Positions 15,459 to 25,266 of a DNA stretch of 64,000 nucleotides are shown here, piece by piece. Numbering within the stretch: position 1 is the first letter of the stretch; every line of letters begins with the position of its first letter. The notes beneath the pieces are model-generated. The model saw only the letters and a list, made by a program, of their open reading frames with translations. It had not been told where the DNA came from and ran no database searches. A program made the position numbers and the translations under genes. Source of the stretch: an uncultured Pirellulales bacterium. Lineage in GTDB: Bacteria; Planctomycetota; Phycisphaerae; Sedimentisphaerales; Anaerobacaceae. The stretch covers positions 3,385-67,384 of the forward strand of contig CAYSKP010000027.1 of assembly GCA_964431645.1 (NCBI GenBank), given 5' to 3'.

Positions 15459-17465
15459 ATGGCAGAAAATCAAAACAGAAAACGCGGCGTAAGCAGGTTC
15501 GAGGAAAAAGGGTCGTCTGGTAAATCCCTGTCATACAGGGGCGGGCCGTTTAATCTGCTTTTGCTTGCTATTGTGATATTTACGATAACCTTCTTATTTC
15601 AGCAATGGTCAGGCCGGGTCGAGACACTCAGTTATGATAAATTCGTATCTGACCTCCGCGCCGGGCATATTGAAAAAATTATCATTGGTGATACAGAAAT
15701 AAGTGGACAATTTAAAGAAGCTCAGGAGAAAGATAAAGATAAAGATAAAGATAAAGATTCAAAGGGCACCAAGGATTTTATTGTAAATTACAGGTCCGGC
15801 GGTGTTTTGGATGATTATTTAAAAACGATTATTTCAGAACAGATTGAAAAAGGCGGGCTTAAGGTTGAGCAGTCAAAAGAGAGAATCTGGCTTTGGAACC
15901 TCATTTTGAGCGTCATATTCCCGTTAGCCCTGATTGGCTTTTTATTATGGATGATGTTTTCGCGAAATCTTAGAAGCGGCGCAGGCGGTATGCTGATGTC
16001 ATTCGGCAGGAGCAAACACCGTCTTCATGATAAAGAGCGGGTCAAAATTACGTTTGAGGATGTGGCAGGAATAGATGAAGCAAAAGACGAAGTGGCAGAA
16101 ATCATAGAGTTTTTAAGAAATCCGAAGAAATTTCAGCGCCTTGGCGGACGCATACCGAGAGGTGTATTGCTGGTAGGACCCCCGGGCTGCGGTAAAACAC
16201 TTCTGGCAAAGGCGATTGCGGGCGAGGCGGATGTTCCATTTTACAGTATCTCAGGAAGCGACTTTGTCGAGATGTTCGTTGGAGTCGGGGCATCTCGAGT
16301 AAGAGATTTGTTCAAGCAGGCCAAGGACAATTCGCCTTGTATTATATTCCTTGATGAAATAGATGCAGTAGGACGCAGGAGAAGCGCCAGTTTCGTAGGG
16401 GGCGGACACGATGAACGTGAGCAGACCCTAAACGCGATTCTGGTTGAAATGGACGGTTTTGATACCGATGACCAGGTAATTGTAATGGCGGCAACTAACC
16501 GTTCAGACATACTGGACACAGCGTTAACCCGGCCGGGAAGATTCGACAGGCAGGTCGTTGTGCCATTACCTGACTTAAAAGGCAGAGTGGAAATTTTGCA
16601 GGTTCATGCGAAAAAAGTAAAACTTGGACCCGACGCAGACCTTGAGCGGCTTGCGCGCGGGACACCAATGTTCAGCGGCGCTGATTTGGCTGCGATAATA
16701 AACGAGGCGGCGCTTGCCGCAACGATGGCAAACAAGGATTACATTGAAAAGGCAGACCTTGAAGAAGCAAGAGATAAAGTCCGCTGGGGACGCGCCAAGA
16801 AAAGCAGGGTCGTTGACCAGATGGAGCGTATGGTGACCGCATACCATGAGGCGGGGCATACGCTTGTGCAGTCATTATTGAAAGACGCGGACCCTCTGCA
16901 TAAGGTAAGTATTATACCGCGAGGGCCAATGGGCGGCGCGACATTCGCATTGCCTGAAAAAGACAGGACTATGTTTACGCGAAGATATTGCATGGCTCTA
17001 TTACAGGTATGTTTCGGAGGAAGAATCGCAGAAGATATGTTCTGTGATGATATATCCAGCGGCGCACAATCGGATATCCAGCAGGCAACCAGGATTGCCA
17101 AACAGATGGTGCTGACGTGGGGTATGAGCGAACGGCTTGGACCTGTAAGTTATGATACGGATGCCGGGCTTTCGGACGCTTTTTATGGTCTGCCAGTCGA
17201 AAAAGAATATTCGGAAAAGACGGCTGAAACGATAGATATTGAGATTAAGCGTATAACTGACGAAGCATATAAAATGGCCAGAGAACTTATCGAGCGCAAC
17301 AAAGACAGTGTTGAACAGATAGCAAAGGCACTTCTTAAATATGAGACGCTCGATGCAGAAGAGGTGAAGATTATTCTGGCAGGCGGAGGTCTCGATAAAC
17401 CTACTGTCACGGATTTGCTTGCTGTCGAGCAGGCCAAAGGTAAGAAAAATGCAGAAGAAAAATAA
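15459..17465 (+). CDS. ftsH: ATP-dependent zinc metalloprotease FtsH
   Basis: Two TM helices, Walker A GPPGCGKT, an SRH region and the HEAGH zinc motif. A KDKDKDKD insert sits in the periplasmic domain. Confidence 0.95.
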   Translation: MAENQNRKRGVSRFEEKGSSGKSLSYRGGPFNLLLLAIVIFTITFLFQQWSGRVETLSYDKFVSDLRAGHIEKIIIGDTEISGQFKEAQEKDKDKDKDKDSKGTKDFIVNYRSGGVLDDYLKTIISEQIEKGGLKVEQSKERIWLWNLILSVIFPLALIGFLLWMMFSRNLRSGAGGMLMSFGRSKHRLHDKERVKITFEDVAGIDEAKDEVAEIIEFLRNPKKFQRLGGRIPRGVLLVGPPGCGKTLLAKAIAGEADVPFYSISGSDFVEMFVGVGASRVRDLFKQAKDNSPCIIFLDEIDAVGRRRSASFVGGGHDEREQTLNAILVEMDGFDTDDQVIVMAATNRSDILDTALTRPGRFDRQVVVPLPDLKGRVEILQVHAKKVKLGPDADLERLARGTPMFSGADLAAIINEAALAATMANKDYIEKADLEEARDKVRWGRAKKSRVVDQMERMVTAYHEAGHTLVQSLLKDADPLHKVSIIPRGPMGGATFALPEKDRTMFTRRYCMALLQVCFGGRIAEDMFCDDISSGAQSDIQQATRIAKQMVLTWGMSERLGPVSYDTDAGLSDAFYGLPVEKEYSEKTAETIDIEIKRITDEAYKMARELIERNKDSVEQIAKALLKYETLDAEEVKIILAGGGLDKPTVTDLLAVEQAKGKKNAEEK

Positions 17466-17494
17466 GCAATGTATTTTAATCCTTAGAAAGGACA

Positions 17495-19273
17495 ATGAGG
17501 ATTAGAAGCATCAGCATATTAGCACTGATTTTAATCCAGGCGGCGCCTGTTATTTGTGCCGAAGCCCCGCAGCGTCAAAAAGTCAGTGTTGTGACCTTCT
17601 GGGCCGAGCAGCAGTTCGATGCGGTAAAGCCGGGAAGTAAAAGTGCAATCGCAATCCACTTCGAATTGGAAAAAGACTGGCATTTCTACGCGTCTGCCAA
17701 AAATGCCCCCGGAGGATTGAATCTCAAGCTTGAACCTAATGAGCAGGGGACAAAAGAATTATCGTTTGGCAAAGCTGTAATTCCAAAACCAGAATGGCTA
17801 TACGATAATATTTTAGAGAAAAAAATAGACGTAATCGGGGGCAGTTTCACTGCATATTTGCCGTTTACTGTAAAACAAACATCACAGGAACAAACAGTCA
17901 TTGTTGAAGTCGGCATTGACGGGGCGGTTTGTTCCGCTGCGCAATGCCGCACGCCGGATTTCGGAAGCATAAAAACAGAAGTTAAGATAGCAAGGGAAGC
18001 AAATGAGCAGCAGGCTAATTTTGTTTTGCCAAGAAATTATAGTTTAGGAGCAACCCCCAACATAAAGTTGGGGGCTTATTCGTTATGGGGAGCACTTATA
18101 CTGGCGTTTGCTGCGGGTTTGTCATTAAATATTATGCCATGTGTGTGGCCGGTATTACCGATTATAGTAATGCGGCTTGTAGAGCAGGCAAAGCAGAGCA
18201 AAAGCAAATCAATTGTAATGGGTCTGGCTTTTTGCGGGGGCATTTTGCTTTTCTTCGCCTGCCTTGCGGCTCTTAATATAATTTTGCAGGTTTTCTATGG
18301 CGAGGTTCTGCAGTGGGGGGACCAGTTCCGTAATCCCGGATTTGTCACGGGGATGGCAATGCTGATGGTGGTGCTTGCTTTATTTATGTTCGGATTATTC
18401 AGCATATCTGTCCCGTCATCAATAGCAGGAAAGAGCGGTTCAGAAAAAGGAGTAAGCGGTGCCATAGGAATGGGTTTTCTGATGGCGGTACTGAGCACTC
18501 CCTGCAGCTTCGGAATTTTAGCGGCGGCATTTGCGTGGGCCCAGGGACAGCCGCTGTTTCTGGCGACAATTGCCATAATGGTAATCGGCATCGGTATGGC
18601 AGCTCCGTTTGTTGTTTTAACAGCGATACCGGCGTTATTAAAGAAGGCACCAAGGCCCGGAAGGTGGATGGAGTTATTCAAGCAGACGATTGGCTTTGTT
18701 CTGCTCATTATAGCAGTCAAATTGATTGCCTCGCTGCCGGCAGATATGAGAATAAATGTTCTATATTTTGCGGTGGCTTTAGGATTTTGCGTATGGATGT
18801 GGGGAGGATGGGTCAGTTACTCAGCACCGGCTTGGCGCAGATGGATAGTTCGAATAATCGCAATCTTGCTGGCAATTGGCGCCGGGTTTGCTTTTTTGCC
18901 TGCGGAAAAACCATCCCTTATTAATTGGCAAAAATACGACAGGGAGCAGATAGAGTCTGCAATCGCCGAAAAAAGGCCTGTGCTTATAGATTTTACCGCT
19001 GACTGGTGCCTTAGCTGTAAAGTGGTTGACAAAACAGTTTATTCACGCAGGGACATTGCGGATTTAATTAAGCAAAAAGATGTCCTTGCAGTAAAAGGTG
19101 ATACTACTTTGCGGGATACTCCCGCGACAATCGATTTGAAAAATATTTATAATGAGCCGGGTGTCCCGGTGAGCATATTATTTGTTCCCGGGCAAAATGA
19201 GCCATTGCGCTGGAGAGGTTTGTCATTTGCGAATGAACTGAAATCAGCGTTGGAGCAAATAAAGAAGGATTGA
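17495..19273 (+). CDS. dsbD: Thiol:disulfide interchange protein DsbD
   Basis: N-terminal DsbD-alpha-like domain (CSAAQC), a CcdA-type TM core (NIMPCVWPVLP and STPCSFG) and a C-terminal thioredoxin fold (DWCLSCK). Confidence 0.85.
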   Translation: MRIRSISILALILIQAAPVICAEAPQRQKVSVVTFWAEQQFDAVKPGSKSAIAIHFELEKDWHFYASAKNAPGGLNLKLEPNEQGTKELSFGKAVIPKPEWLYDNILEKKIDVIGGSFTAYLPFTVKQTSQEQTVIVEVGIDGAVCSAAQCRTPDFGSIKTEVKIAREANEQQANFVLPRNYSLGATPNIKLGAYSLWGALILAFAAGLSLNIMPCVWPVLPIIVMRLVEQAKQSKSKSIVMGLAFCGGILLFFACLAALNIILQVFYGEVLQWGDQFRNPGFVTGMAMLMVVLALFMFGLFSISVPSSIAGKSGSEKGVSGAIGMGFLMAVLSTPCSFGILAAAFAWAQGQPLFLATIAIMVIGIGMAAPFVVLTAIPALLKKAPRPGRWMELFKQTIGFVLLIIAVKLIASLPADMRINVLYFAVALGFCVWMWGGWVSYSAPAWRRWIVRIIAILLAIGAGFAFLPAEKPSLINWQKYDREQIESAIAEKRPVLIDFTADWCLSCKVVDKTVYSRRDIADLIKQKDVLAVKGDTTLRDTPATIDLKNIYNEPGVPVSILFVPGQNEPLRWRGLSFANELKSALEQIKKD

Positions 19274-19277
19274 TTTT

Positions 19278-19958
19278 ATGGCTAAAAAATCAGCTGTAAA
19301 ATTCAGGGTTGATAAAAAAGAAGCGGCACAGCGCGTAAGTAAAATAATGCCGATTCTCAAAAAAACTTATCCTGGAGCCAGTGTTGCATTGCATTTCGGC
19401 AATCCTCTCGAGCTGCTTATCGCCACAATTCTTTCTGCCCAGTGCACCGATAAGCGGGTCAATATGATTACACCTGGGCTATTTAAGAGATACAAATCGG
19501 CACAGGATTGGGCCAAAACGGAACTCAAACAGATCGAAAATGACATAAAAAGTGCCGGCTTTTATCACAGCAAAGCCTTGAGTATTCAAGGGGCTTCGAA
19601 GGCTATAATTGAGAGATTCGGCGGTCAAGTGCCTGATAATATGGATGAGCTTTTGACATTGCCGGGGGTGGGAAGAAAGACGGCAAACTGCGTATTAGCA
19701 AATGCTTATAATCAGCCGGCAATTATGTGCGATACGCATGTAATAAGGCTTAGCCGACGGCTTCAACTTTCGGAAAACACCGATCCGGTTAAGCTTGAGT
19801 TTGATTTAGCCGAAATAATACCTAAGAAGGACTGGTCAATATTCAGCCATACGATAATTTTGCATGGCAGAAATATTTGCATAGCAAGAAAACCGAATTG
19901 CCCGAAATGCGTGATAGCCCAGTATTGTCCTTCGGCTAACAAACCGGAATTGTGGTAA
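19278..19958 (+). CDS. nth: Endonuclease III
   Basis: HhH-GPD motif LPGVGRKTANCVL and a C-terminal 4Fe-4S cluster loop CIARKPNCPKCVIAQYC. Confidence 0.9.
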   Translation: MAKKSAVKFRVDKKEAAQRVSKIMPILKKTYPGASVALHFGNPLELLIATILSAQCTDKRVNMITPGLFKRYKSAQDWAKTELKQIENDIKSAGFYHSKALSIQGASKAIIERFGGQVPDNMDELLTLPGVGRKTANCVLANAYNQPAIMCDTHVIRLSRRLQLSENTDPVKLEFDLAEIIPKKDWSIFSHTIILHGRNICIARKPNCPKCVIAQYCPSANKPELW

Positions 19959-19993
19959 AAAACGGCATCTAAATTGAAGGAGACATTCACTTG

Positions 19994-20680
19994 ATGGCCA
20001 ATATAACAAGTCAGCCGATTGAGGATTTATGGCGGATATTCAGGATATTATCGGAATTTGTCGAGGGTTTTCAGGAATTATCGACTGTCGGACCTGCTGT
20101 ATCGATTTTCGGCTCCGCGAGATTCAATCAGGAGCATAAATATTATAAGCTTGCACAGAAGACCGCCTATGAGATAGCAAAGGAAGGTTTTACGGTTATA
20201 ACAGGGGGCGGAGGCGGAATTATGGAAGCTGCCAATAAAGGGGCAGTAGCCGCGGGCGGAAAAAGTGTTGGGCTAAATATAGAACTTCCCAAGGAACAGC
20301 TTCCCAATGAATATCAAAATATATCACTTAGGTTTCGGTACTTTTTTGTTCGTAAGGTTATGTTTCTCAAATATGCCCATGGCTTTGTAGTTTTCCCCGG
20401 GGGATACGGCACACTTGATGAGTTTTCAGAGGCGCTTGTTTTGATACAGACACTTCGTCAGGCATCATTCCCTGTGATACTTGTGGGTACTGATTACTGG
20501 AAAGGCCTAATTGACTGGATGAGCAGTAAGATGCTTGAAGAAAACTGTATAGTGCCGAAAGATTTAAGCGTCTTTTGTATGAGCGATGACCCGCAGGAAA
20601 TTGCTAAAATCATAGTAAGGTTCAGAGAAAGCTCGCTGCCAAGCGGTCTGCAGCTTCCCGGCGGCGTAAAAACAGGATAA
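19994..20680 (+). CDS. LOG family (TIGR00730-type) nucleotide 5'-monophosphate nucleosidase
   Basis: TGGGGGIMEAANKGA and PGGYGTLDE motifs. A TTG at 19991 is an alternative start. Confidence 0.85.
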   Translation: MANITSQPIEDLWRIFRILSEFVEGFQELSTVGPAVSIFGSARFNQEHKYYKLAQKTAYEIAKEGFTVITGGGGGIMEAANKGAVAAGGKSVGLNIELPKEQLPNEYQNISLRFRYFFVRKVMFLKYAHGFVVFPGGYGTLDEFSEALVLIQTLRQASFPVILVGTDYWKGLIDWMSSKMLEENCIVPKDLSVFCMSDDPQEIAKIIVRFRESSLPSGLQLPGGVKTG

Positions 20681-20693
20681 TTAAAATAGTACT

Positions 20694-20924
20694 ATGAGCA
20701 AAAAAAAGGCAATAAATTGCGTTGACCGCAGCAAAGCAAGATTAATCAAAGGCAAAGAACCTGTTAATGATTATGTGAACAGACCGGCAGAAGAATGTGT
20801 CGCTATGGTCTGGCAGCTTACAGAGGAATTATGGTCTATTAGCGGCCAAAAAAATGCTCAACAACGATTACAAAGAAATGCTGCAGTGCTTAAAAAGTTT
20901 AAGGCCGATAGACATCAGTTATAG
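20694..20924 (+). CDS. Small hypothetical protein (76 aa)
   Basis: ORF only. Its 3' end overlaps the convergent radical SAM gene by 26 nt. I recognise no motif. Confidence 0.3.
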   Translation: MSKKKAINCVDRSKARLIKGKEPVNDYVNRPAEECVAMVWQLTEELWSISGQKNAQQRLQRNAAVLKKFKADRHQL

Positions 20925-22698
20925 TAAAAGCATCTTCTAAATGTTTAAGCAGGTAATTTTTTTCAGGGCCGCCAAGGTGCTCCCAAGGCAGGATTTCATC
21001 TGTCGAGAATTGTTTTTGGGCGGCTTTATCGAGATTCATGCCAGATTTTTCAAATGCATCCTTCCAGATTTGCGGCTTAAAAGTCTCGCTCCATAAATCA
21101 AATTTTGCGCCGTTTCTCCATGCGTATTCGATAACGTCTGCCAATCGCCTGTCACCGCGGCTAATTGCTGATTCGAGAATCGACTGATGTATTTCGTGAA
21201 ATTTAAACTGGAGATATTTTGCATTAAGTCTTCTTTTTTCTGTGATAATTATATTTTTGGCATTCGCAAAATATTCATCAGGCTTTTGAGCAAGCCAGCC
21301 GAAAGGCGTATGCGGTTTGGGGACAAGCCAGCTTACCGCAACATTCACAGATGCGGTTCTGCCATCAAAATTTCTGTGGAGTTTGGCGAGCTTATCCGAC
21401 AAACGAACAATTTGCCTGATATCATCTTCGGTTTCGCCGGGCAATCCCGCCATGAAATACAGCTTTACTTTCTGCCAGCCGGCCTCAAATGCCGCTGAGG
21501 CGGCGGCGAAAAGGTCTTCATCCTTAAGAGGTTTATTTATGATTTGCCTCAACCGTTCAGATGCAGCTTCCACAGCGATGGTCAGGCCGGATTTTCTAAC
21601 TTCATTGACCAGCGTTGGAAGCAGCTTTAACTGCTGGTCAACCCGCAGGCTCGGCAAAGAAAGCCCTACATATTTATCAGCAAAAAAACTATGCAGAAGT
21701 TCAATGAGCTTTTCGATATCGGGGTAATCGGCTGTCGATAAACTTAACAGGCTTATAGTATCAAAACCGGTCGCCTGAAAGGCATTTTTTGCTATTTCAA
21801 AGATTTTATCAATGCTGCGATAACGTATCGGCCTTCGGCAGAAGCTTGCCTGGCAAAATCTGCATCGGCCGGGACAGCCCCGCATAATTTCGATACTGAC
21901 TCGCTCGTGAATTGCCTGTGCAAACGGAACAATCGGTTTGGCTGGAACGGGGGCATTATCGAGATTATCTATAGCTGCATTAATGAATCTGGTTGGAAGA
22001 TTTTCAATTGAGGTAAACGATTTTATTTTGTCATCTACATATTCAAATTTATAAAAGGAGGGGACATAAGCCCATTCAAATTTTCTTGCGGCGGCAAGGA
22101 GGATTTCTTTTTTTGAAAGACCATTTTTCTTTTCTTCAATTGTAAGATGGACTAAATCAGCAACAGCATTTTCCGCCTCACCTATTACAAACAGGTCAAT
22201 AAAAGGTACAATCGGCTCGCAGCAATTGGCCATGCCGCCGCCGGCGATAATGATGGGGTCATCTTCGCCTCGGCTACCACTGCGGATGTGTAAGCCGGCC
22301 AAATCAAGCATATTAAGGACGTTGGTATAACACAGCTCATTAGTCATGCTGAAACCGATTATATCGAAGGTGTTTACGGCCGCCCTGGATTCGAGGGAAA
22401 AAAGGGGAATATTTTTTTCACGCATGATTTGCTCGGCATCGAGCCAGGGGGCAAATACCCGTTCGGCGGCAACATTTTGAATTCTGTTCAAAACTTCATA
22501 AATGACCGCCATTCCCGTATAGCTCATGCCGACTTCATAGGTATCGGGAAAGCATAATGCCACAGATAAATCGCAATTGGCGAGGTCTTTTTTAATCTGG
22601 TTGATTTCGCCGCCGATGTACCTGGCGGGCCTGCGGACAAAAGGCAGGAAATCCTTATCAATTCTTTCGGTCAGTATTTTTGGTTCTTTTCTTTTCAC
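20899..22698 (-). CDS. B12-binding-domain radical SAM protein (TIGR03960-like)
   Basis: Radical SAM motif RGCPGRCRFCQA (CX3CX2C) after an N-terminal B12-binding-like Rossmann region. At ~600 aa it has the typical size for the family. Confidence 0.8.
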   Translation of the reverse strand: MKRKEPKILTERIDKDFLPFVRRPARYIGGEINQIKKDLANCDLSVALCFPDTYEVGMSYTGMAVIYEVLNRIQNVAAERVFAPWLDAEQIMREKNIPLFSLESRAAVNTFDIIGFSMTNELCYTNVLNMLDLAGLHIRSGSRGEDDPIIIAGGGMANCCEPIVPFIDLFVIGEAENAVADLVHLTIEEKKNGLSKKEILLAAARKFEWAYVPSFYKFEYVDDKIKSFTSIENLPTRFINAAIDNLDNAPVPAKPIVPFAQAIHERVSIEIMRGCPGRCRFCQASFCRRPIRYRSIDKIFEIAKNAFQATGFDTISLLSLSTADYPDIEKLIELLHSFFADKYVGLSLPSLRVDQQLKLLPTLVNEVRKSGLTIAVEAASERLRQIINKPLKDEDLFAAASAAFEAGWQKVKLYFMAGLPGETEDDIRQIVRLSDKLAKLHRNFDGRTASVNVAVSWLVPKPHTPFGWLAQKPDEYFANAKNIIITEKRRLNAKYLQFKFHEIHQSILESAISRGDRRLADVIEYAWRNGAKFDLWSETFKPQIWKDAFEKSGMNLDKAAQKQFSTDEILPWEHLGGPEKNYLLKHLEDAFTITDVYRP

Positions 22699-22760
22699 TT
22701 GTGTAGTATAACTGATAATCAGAGTTAGGATATAGAGTTTAGTGGACAGGATAAAAGTTT

Positions 22761-23615
22761 ATGGAAAACGAAGGCAGGCGAAGGGCGTTTAAATTTTTCG
22801 TTACGGCGTGTCTATTGTCTGCAATGTATTATTTTGTAATGGAAAATATACTGCCTGCAATTGACGTTGATGGAGGAACAAAAGAAATCGGGGGGATTCC
22901 TTCAAGGATTGTTGCTACTGCCAAAAAGGAAAAAAAGGCAAAGCGTGCTATAGAGGCCGGGTTCGATGAATTAAACCGAATTGAAAAATTATTAAGATAT
23001 GATTTGAATAGAATCAACACCGAGGCATTTGTTCGGCCTGTTAAAGTAAGCTTCGAATCATTTGAACTGCTTAAAAAAACTGAAGAATATAGAGCCATTA
23101 CAAATGATATTTTTTATTTTATAGACTCTGATGTAAATAGCGCATCATACAAATTGATTCTTGACGTAAACGCCCAAACTGTGAAATTTGCAATTGAAGG
23201 AATGCGGCTGAACTTAGAGCAAATAGATAAAAGCTTTGCTGTTGATAAAGCTATCCAGATTATGAGACGCAAAAGAGCAATTGGAGGGATGATACAGATT
23301 AGTGGGGGCATAAGCTGTTTTGGCAAGCCGGCCCATGGTAATAGCTGGTTAATTGGAATACAGGATTCGAATTTGCCGGATGGTAATTCTATGGTCATCA
23401 AGTTGAGGGATATGGCGGCGGCAACTAAGTTAAGCGGGGTTACTGTTATTGCGCCAAAAGCGATAGATGCAGATATTATCGCTTGTGCAGTAACCGAACT
23501 GGGGACGCAAAAAGGATTAGAGCTTGTAAATTCATTAATGGGTATCGAGGCAATAATATTTACACCTGATGGTGATGTAATCAAAAGCAATGGGGTAGAT
23601 GTATATTTAGAATAG
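22761..23615 (+). CDS. ApbE-like (FAD:protein FMN transferase family) protein, divergent or degenerate
   Basis: The ApbE-like core is IDKSFAVDKAIQIM...MIQISGGISCFGKP..GNSWLIGIQD...ADIIACAV. The segment that normally carries the SG.Y...HIIDP.TG motif appears to be missing. Confidence 0.45.
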   Translation: MENEGRRRAFKFFVTACLLSAMYYFVMENILPAIDVDGGTKEIGGIPSRIVATAKKEKKAKRAIEAGFDELNRIEKLLRYDLNRINTEAFVRPVKVSFESFELLKKTEEYRAITNDIFYFIDSDVNSASYKLILDVNAQTVKFAIEGMRLNLEQIDKSFAVDKAIQIMRRKRAIGGMIQISGGISCFGKPAHGNSWLIGIQDSNLPDGNSMVIKLRDMAAATKLSGVTVIAPKAIDADIIACAVTELGTQKGLELVNSLMGIEAIIFTPDGDVIKSNGVDVYLE

Positions 23616-23633
23616 CTGTAGAAATTTAGGTAT

Positions 23634-23668
23634 AAAAAAACCTCCGGAAAGCCCGGAGGTTTGGTTTC
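23634..23668. terminator. Bidirectional intrinsic terminator between the convergent apbE-like and pilT genes
   Basis: aaaaaaa-cctccgg-aaagc-ccggagg-tttggttt. The A-run and T-run flanks allow function on both strands. Confidence 0.7.
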
Positions 23669-23682
23669 ATTAATTTTTTATT

Positions 23683-24819
23683 TTATTCGAGATTCAAGGC
23701 CTCGCCAAAAGTTGTAAGGTTATTGGCCCATTTCTGTGCCTCTTCGATATCAATCTTTTCTTCTTTAACAAGGCGGGCCAGGTGGCGTTCCATAGTAATC
23801 ATCTTCTCATCATAACGATTCGTAGTCTTGGTCTGAAGCTGCGAATAAATCTGTTCGACTTTACCAGTCCTGATGAGGTTTGCTGTAGCGTAATTATTGT
23901 TGAGAATTTCCATCGCGGCAATTCGGCCTTTGCCGTCTTTGCGAGGAATGAGTTTCTGGCTGATGATGTAAGCCAGTCCGAGCGAAAGCTGATTACGGAC
24001 CTCGTTTTGCCTTCCCGGAGGGAAGTAATCAAGAATGCGTGTGATTGAGCCTGCTGTATCTCTTGTGTGCAGAGTAGAGAAAACCAGGTGGCCTGTTTCG
24101 GCGGCCATAAGGGTCATGGCGATTGTTTCCGCATCGCGCATTTCGCCGACGAAAATGATATTGGGGTCTTCACGCAGCATCGAGCGAAGGCCGTCGATAA
24201 ACGAATATACGTCTCTGCCGATTTCCCGCTGCGAAACGAGGGCCTTTTTCTGCTGGTAGACATATTCGATTGGGTCTTCGATGGTGATAATCCGGTTAGC
24301 ATGCTCCTCAGTGATACGATTAATCAGCGTAGCAATAGTTGTCGATTTACCAGCACCGGTGACACCTGTTACCAGAACAAGGCCGTGCTTACGATTTATG
24401 ATGTCATTCCAGATATCATTTGGAAAACCTATTGTTTCTACAGCAGGAATATTTGCCGAAAGTGCACGGATGGCCGCACAGATACCATCGTTTTCTTTAA
24501 AGACATTAATTCGAAAATGCGTTTCAGCGAGCCTGTATGAGCAGTCAACGCTATGCAGCTCTCGCAGCTTATCGATACTTGCCTGGCTGAGCAGCGGTAA
24601 AATCAATTGCTCGGCCATTTCCTGAGTAAGATTTGGGCCTTTTAATTTTTCGAGGTCACCATCAACACGATAACTGGGAGGGGCACCAACCTTTAGATGC
24701 AGGTCTGAAACCCGGGTTGCGCCCATCTGCTCAAAATAGGTTAGCATGTCTTGAATGCTTAATTGTCCCATATCCTCTGTGGGATATACGTTTTTAGCGA
24801 CTTGTGTAAGGACTGCCAT
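23683..24819 (-). CDS. pilT: Type IV pilus retraction ATPase PilT
   Basis: Walker A GVTGAGKSTT and GspE/PilT family boxes (IITIEDPIEY, GEMRD, GHLVFSTLHT). Confidence 0.9.
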   Translation of the reverse strand: MAVLTQVAKNVYPTEDMGQLSIQDMLTYFEQMGATRVSDLHLKVGAPPSYRVDGDLEKLKGPNLTQEMAEQLILPLLSQASIDKLRELHSVDCSYRLAETHFRINVFKENDGICAAIRALSANIPAVETIGFPNDIWNDIINRKHGLVLVTGVTGAGKSTTIATLINRITEEHANRIITIEDPIEYVYQQKKALVSQREIGRDVYSFIDGLRSMLREDPNIIFVGEMRDAETIAMTLMAAETGHLVFSTLHTRDTAGSITRILDYFPPGRQNEVRNQLSLGLAYIISQKLIPRKDGKGRIAAMEILNNNYATANLIRTGKVEQIYSQLQTKTTNRYDEKMITMERHLARLVKEEKIDIEEAQKWANNLTTFGEALNLE

Positions 24820-24976
24820 AATTCGCTCCTGAAAAAGACAAAACCATATAAATTATAGCTTTTAGAAACGCGGTTTCCAAAAGCCTTAATTACAGTATTT
24901 TTCCTCTTGAGGTGTATCGGCAGAAAATGGGGGCTTAAAAAGTATAATTTTTGGTTTTTAGCGTTTTTTGGGACGA

Positions 24977-25264
24977 TTATCTGGTTTTTTTACTTTGGGA
25001 TGCGGCGAGCCATTCATTAAGGTTTTTAGCCAGAATTTTGACATCTTTTTTGGACATTATGTGACTTATGATTGCAGGCGGGATTTTGAGATTGACCATT
25101 GCTTTCTGGGCGCGCTGCCAGAGTTTGTCCCTTTTTGCGTCGGTTTCGGCCAGATAAAGCTCACTTACCAATTCGCTGAGTTTAGAAAGAGAAATGGCAC
25201 TTAGGTTATTATAATAATTCGAGATGACATCTTTCTGATATGCCGAGTATTGCTGCTTTGACAT
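24977..25264 (-). CDS. Small hypothetical protein (95 aa)
   Basis: ORF starting MSKQQYSAYQKDVISNYY. It is helical with a basic tail. I recognise no family. Confidence 0.4.
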   Translation of the reverse strand: MSKQQYSAYQKDVISNYYNNLSAISLSKLSELVSELYLAETDAKRDKLWQRAQKAMVNLKIPPAIISHIMSKKDVKILAKNLNEWLAASQSKKTR

Positions 25265-25266
25265 AA

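Noticed and set aside
17001-17495. 164-aa minus-strand ORF, plus several other 60-160-aa ORFs antisense to ftsH, dsbD, pilT, the apbE-like gene, the GH5 genes and the OYE gene
   Set aside because: All are nested antisense in long ORFs with strong family motifs. They are typical shadow ORFs with no RBS or motif support.
20694-20924. The small ORF overlapping the 3' end of the radical SAM gene, considered as an antitoxin or regulatory peptide
   Set aside because: There is no recognisable motif or partner gene. I keep it only as a low-confidence hypothetical CDS.
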